A stretch of DNA of 37,695 nt from an uncultured Bacteroidales bacterium. Its GTDB lineage: Bacteria; Bacteroidota; Bacteroidia; Bacteroidales; JAIOZK01. Position 1 is the stretch's first letter, and each line of letters begins with the position of its first letter. Location of the stretch: positions 1 to 37,695 of the forward strand of contig CAZTAW010000002.1 in assembly GCA_964611705.1 (NCBI GenBank), written 5' to 3'. This document shows positions 36,562 through 37,695 of this stretch, piece after piece. The notes under the pieces are model-generated. The model did no database searches, had not been told where the DNA came from, and was given only the letters and a program-made list of their open reading frames with translations. Made by a program: the position numbers and the translations under genes.

Positions 36562-37404
36562 ATGACAAAAAGAATTTTTACAGTTTTGGTTTTTACCCTT
36601 TGCGGGTATTTCGCATTTTCCCAAAGCGTAACCAATATTAAAGCATGGGTAACATCCGATAACAAAATCGCAGTTGAATACCATATCACAGGTGCTAAGT
36701 TTTACCAGAACTTTAATGTAAGCTTGTTTGTTAGTCTTGATGATGGCGCAACGTGGCAGGGACCGCTTACTGAAGTTGCCGGTGACATAGGCAAAAACAT
36801 TGAAAAAGGCAAACATGTTATTTACTGGGATTTCCTCAATGAAATACCCATTGTAAATGAAAACGTGATCTTTGATGTACGCGCTGAGATCATAGAAAGC
36901 AAGGTGCGAAAATCATTTTTTATTGCTTATTCGGGAAATGATGTTACACCATTTGGCGTGCGGATTGGCTTACTTGGTAAAACAGGCTTTTACCTCGAAG
37001 CCCGCATGAGTCCCATTGCTTTTGATAAAGCAAACTACACTTTTGAAGATGGTAATTTAGCTGATTATGATCAAGTGGGTTACTATGAATTTACAAAGGC
37101 CAATGGCTGGGCAGCATTATCTGTTCTGGCCGGAGCAACTTTCCAGATTGGTAAGGATGCTTTTCTATATACAGGTGCCGGATATGCTTTTGAAAAGTAT
37201 TTGTATACAATTGATGAGTACACCTATAATCCACCGGAAAAAATAGGTGAAGCTTTTGTTGAAGATAAAGGATATAGTATCACAGGCGTTGAAATTGATG
37301 CCGGATTGATGTTGCGGTTTGGAAAGTTCTTAATTACCGGCGGAGGTTACGCAATAAACTTTGAGTCTTTCGGCTGGACAGCGGGGGTAGGAGTTAGCTT
37401 TTAG
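36562..37404 (+). CDS. secreted protein: N-terminal Ig-like domain plus C-terminal small beta-barrel-like domain (outer-membrane-type), unknown family
   Basis: 280 aa with a signal peptide (MTKRIFTVLVFTLCGYFAFSQ). The C-terminal half has alternating Gly/aromatic-rich strands, and the protein ends in GVGVSF (terminal Phe, as in many OM barrels). Confidence 0.6.
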   Translation: MTKRIFTVLVFTLCGYFAFSQSVTNIKAWVTSDNKIAVEYHITGAKFYQNFNVSLFVSLDDGATWQGPLTEVAGDIGKNIEKGKHVIYWDFLNEIPIVNENVIFDVRAEIIESKVRKSFFIAYSGNDVTPFGVRIGLLGKTGFYLEARMSPIAFDKANYTFEDGNLADYDQVGYYEFTKANGWAALSVLAGATFQIGKDAFLYTGAGYAFEKYLYTIDEYTYNPPEKIGEAFVEDKGYSITGVEIDAGLMLRFGKFLITGGGYAINFESFGWTAGVGVSF

Positions 37405-37511
37405 TTAATTTGGTGATTTGTCCGAAGGACTCCCTGGGAGAAAATGTGGTAATTTGAAGATTTGGATGAGTACTACAATGGCTACAGAGGGGTGCAAAAG
37501 AGCGGATGGTT

Positions 37512-37616
37512 GTTGAATATCGAATGTTGAATATTGAATATCGAATATTGAATGTTGAAGTACAGAGCGAAAAAATTCAGGATTCATGATTCAGAATTCA
37601 AGATTCAAAATTCAAA
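37512..37616. repeat. inverted pair of heptamer arrays: 7 x RTYGAAT, 14-nt spacer, 6 x ATTCARN
   Basis: 37512..37560 reads GTTGAAT ATCGAAT GTTGAAT ATTGAAT ATCGAAT ATTGAAT GTTGAAG. The spacer is TACAGAGCGAAAAA. 37575..37616 reads ATTCAGG ATTCATG ATTCAGA ATTCAAG ATTCAAA ATTCAAA. The unit cores TGAAT and ATTCA are reverse complements, so the region can form a long imperfect hairpin. Confidence 0.85.
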
Positions 37617-37695
37617 ACAAGAACAGAAACCAATGAATCAAAACGAAAACCACTGATGCATCATATGGATAAACTCGATGAAGTATATAATGAAA

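Noticed and set aside
36562-37404. A bacterial gasdermin partnered with the caspase-like protease.
   Set aside because: Both proteins carry signal peptides. The 280-aa protein also looks like an Ig domain plus an outer-membrane barrel ending in Phe, not a cytoplasmic gasdermin.
37405-37587. 60-aa minus-strand ORF (…FDIQYSTFDIQ…). Similar cases are 36373..36816 on the minus strand and the small ORFs at 34142..34557.
   Set aside because: These are translations of the heptamer arrays, the repeat-rich intergenic DNA or the GC island. They have repetitive or low-complexity peptides, no start context, and overlap better-supported genes or structures.
36376-37616. Whether the short tandem repeats are a CRISPR array.
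   Set aside because: The units are 7-8 nt and directly abutting, with no spacers. No 25-40-nt repeats occur, and no cas genes are in the window.
37656-37695. Possible start of a plus-strand gene at the window end (MHHMDKLDEVYNE).
   Set aside because: Only about 13 codons are visible, which is too short to support a call.

Overview
AT-rich chromosomal segment, most likely from a Bacteroidota genome. Supporting signs: a T9SS C-terminal sorting domain, a CarboxypepD_reg-type TonB-dependent receptor, lipoprotein and secreted proteins, and one TAnnTTTG-like -7 box. I support about 36 genes plus one tRNA. Contents in order: a truncated GIY-YIG gene and tRNA-Met(CAT). A saccharopine-dehydrogenase/EamA pair divergent from a MarR gene. 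A translationally coupled SSF transporter / GNAT / M20 amidohydrolase / alanine racemase / second racemase-like cluster. An ECF sigma / anti-sigma / DUF4097-like operon. A T9SS-secreted Asp-box propeller protein, LigA and a GT22-like membrane glycosyltransferase. Two tandem-USP paralogs flanking a patatin-like lipase. A signalling island at 20.0-28.6 kb, made of a class III cyclase operon divergent from a sigma-less partner-switching cassette. A His-rich small membrane protein plus TonB-dependent receptor, then a minimal stand-alone class III cyclase and a decayed second copy of the small-protein/receptor pair. An M19 dipeptidase, a secreted caspase-like protease and a small outer-membrane-type protein. 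No transposase, integrase, phage genes, rRNA or CRISPR array were seen. Most noteworthy: (1) the SBP / Cache-HAMP-PP2C-RsbW / RsbW-GNAT / STAS cassette, which has no sigma factor and faces a nucleotide cyclase operon; (2) a GC-rich island at 34254..34516 built from four perfect nested inverted repeats; (3) 7-nt-period TGART / ATTCA repeat arrays flanking the gene after the caspase; (4) an orphan 215-aa cyclase. All domain calls are by-eye motif recognition without database searches, so family names are provisional and no novelty claim can be verified here.
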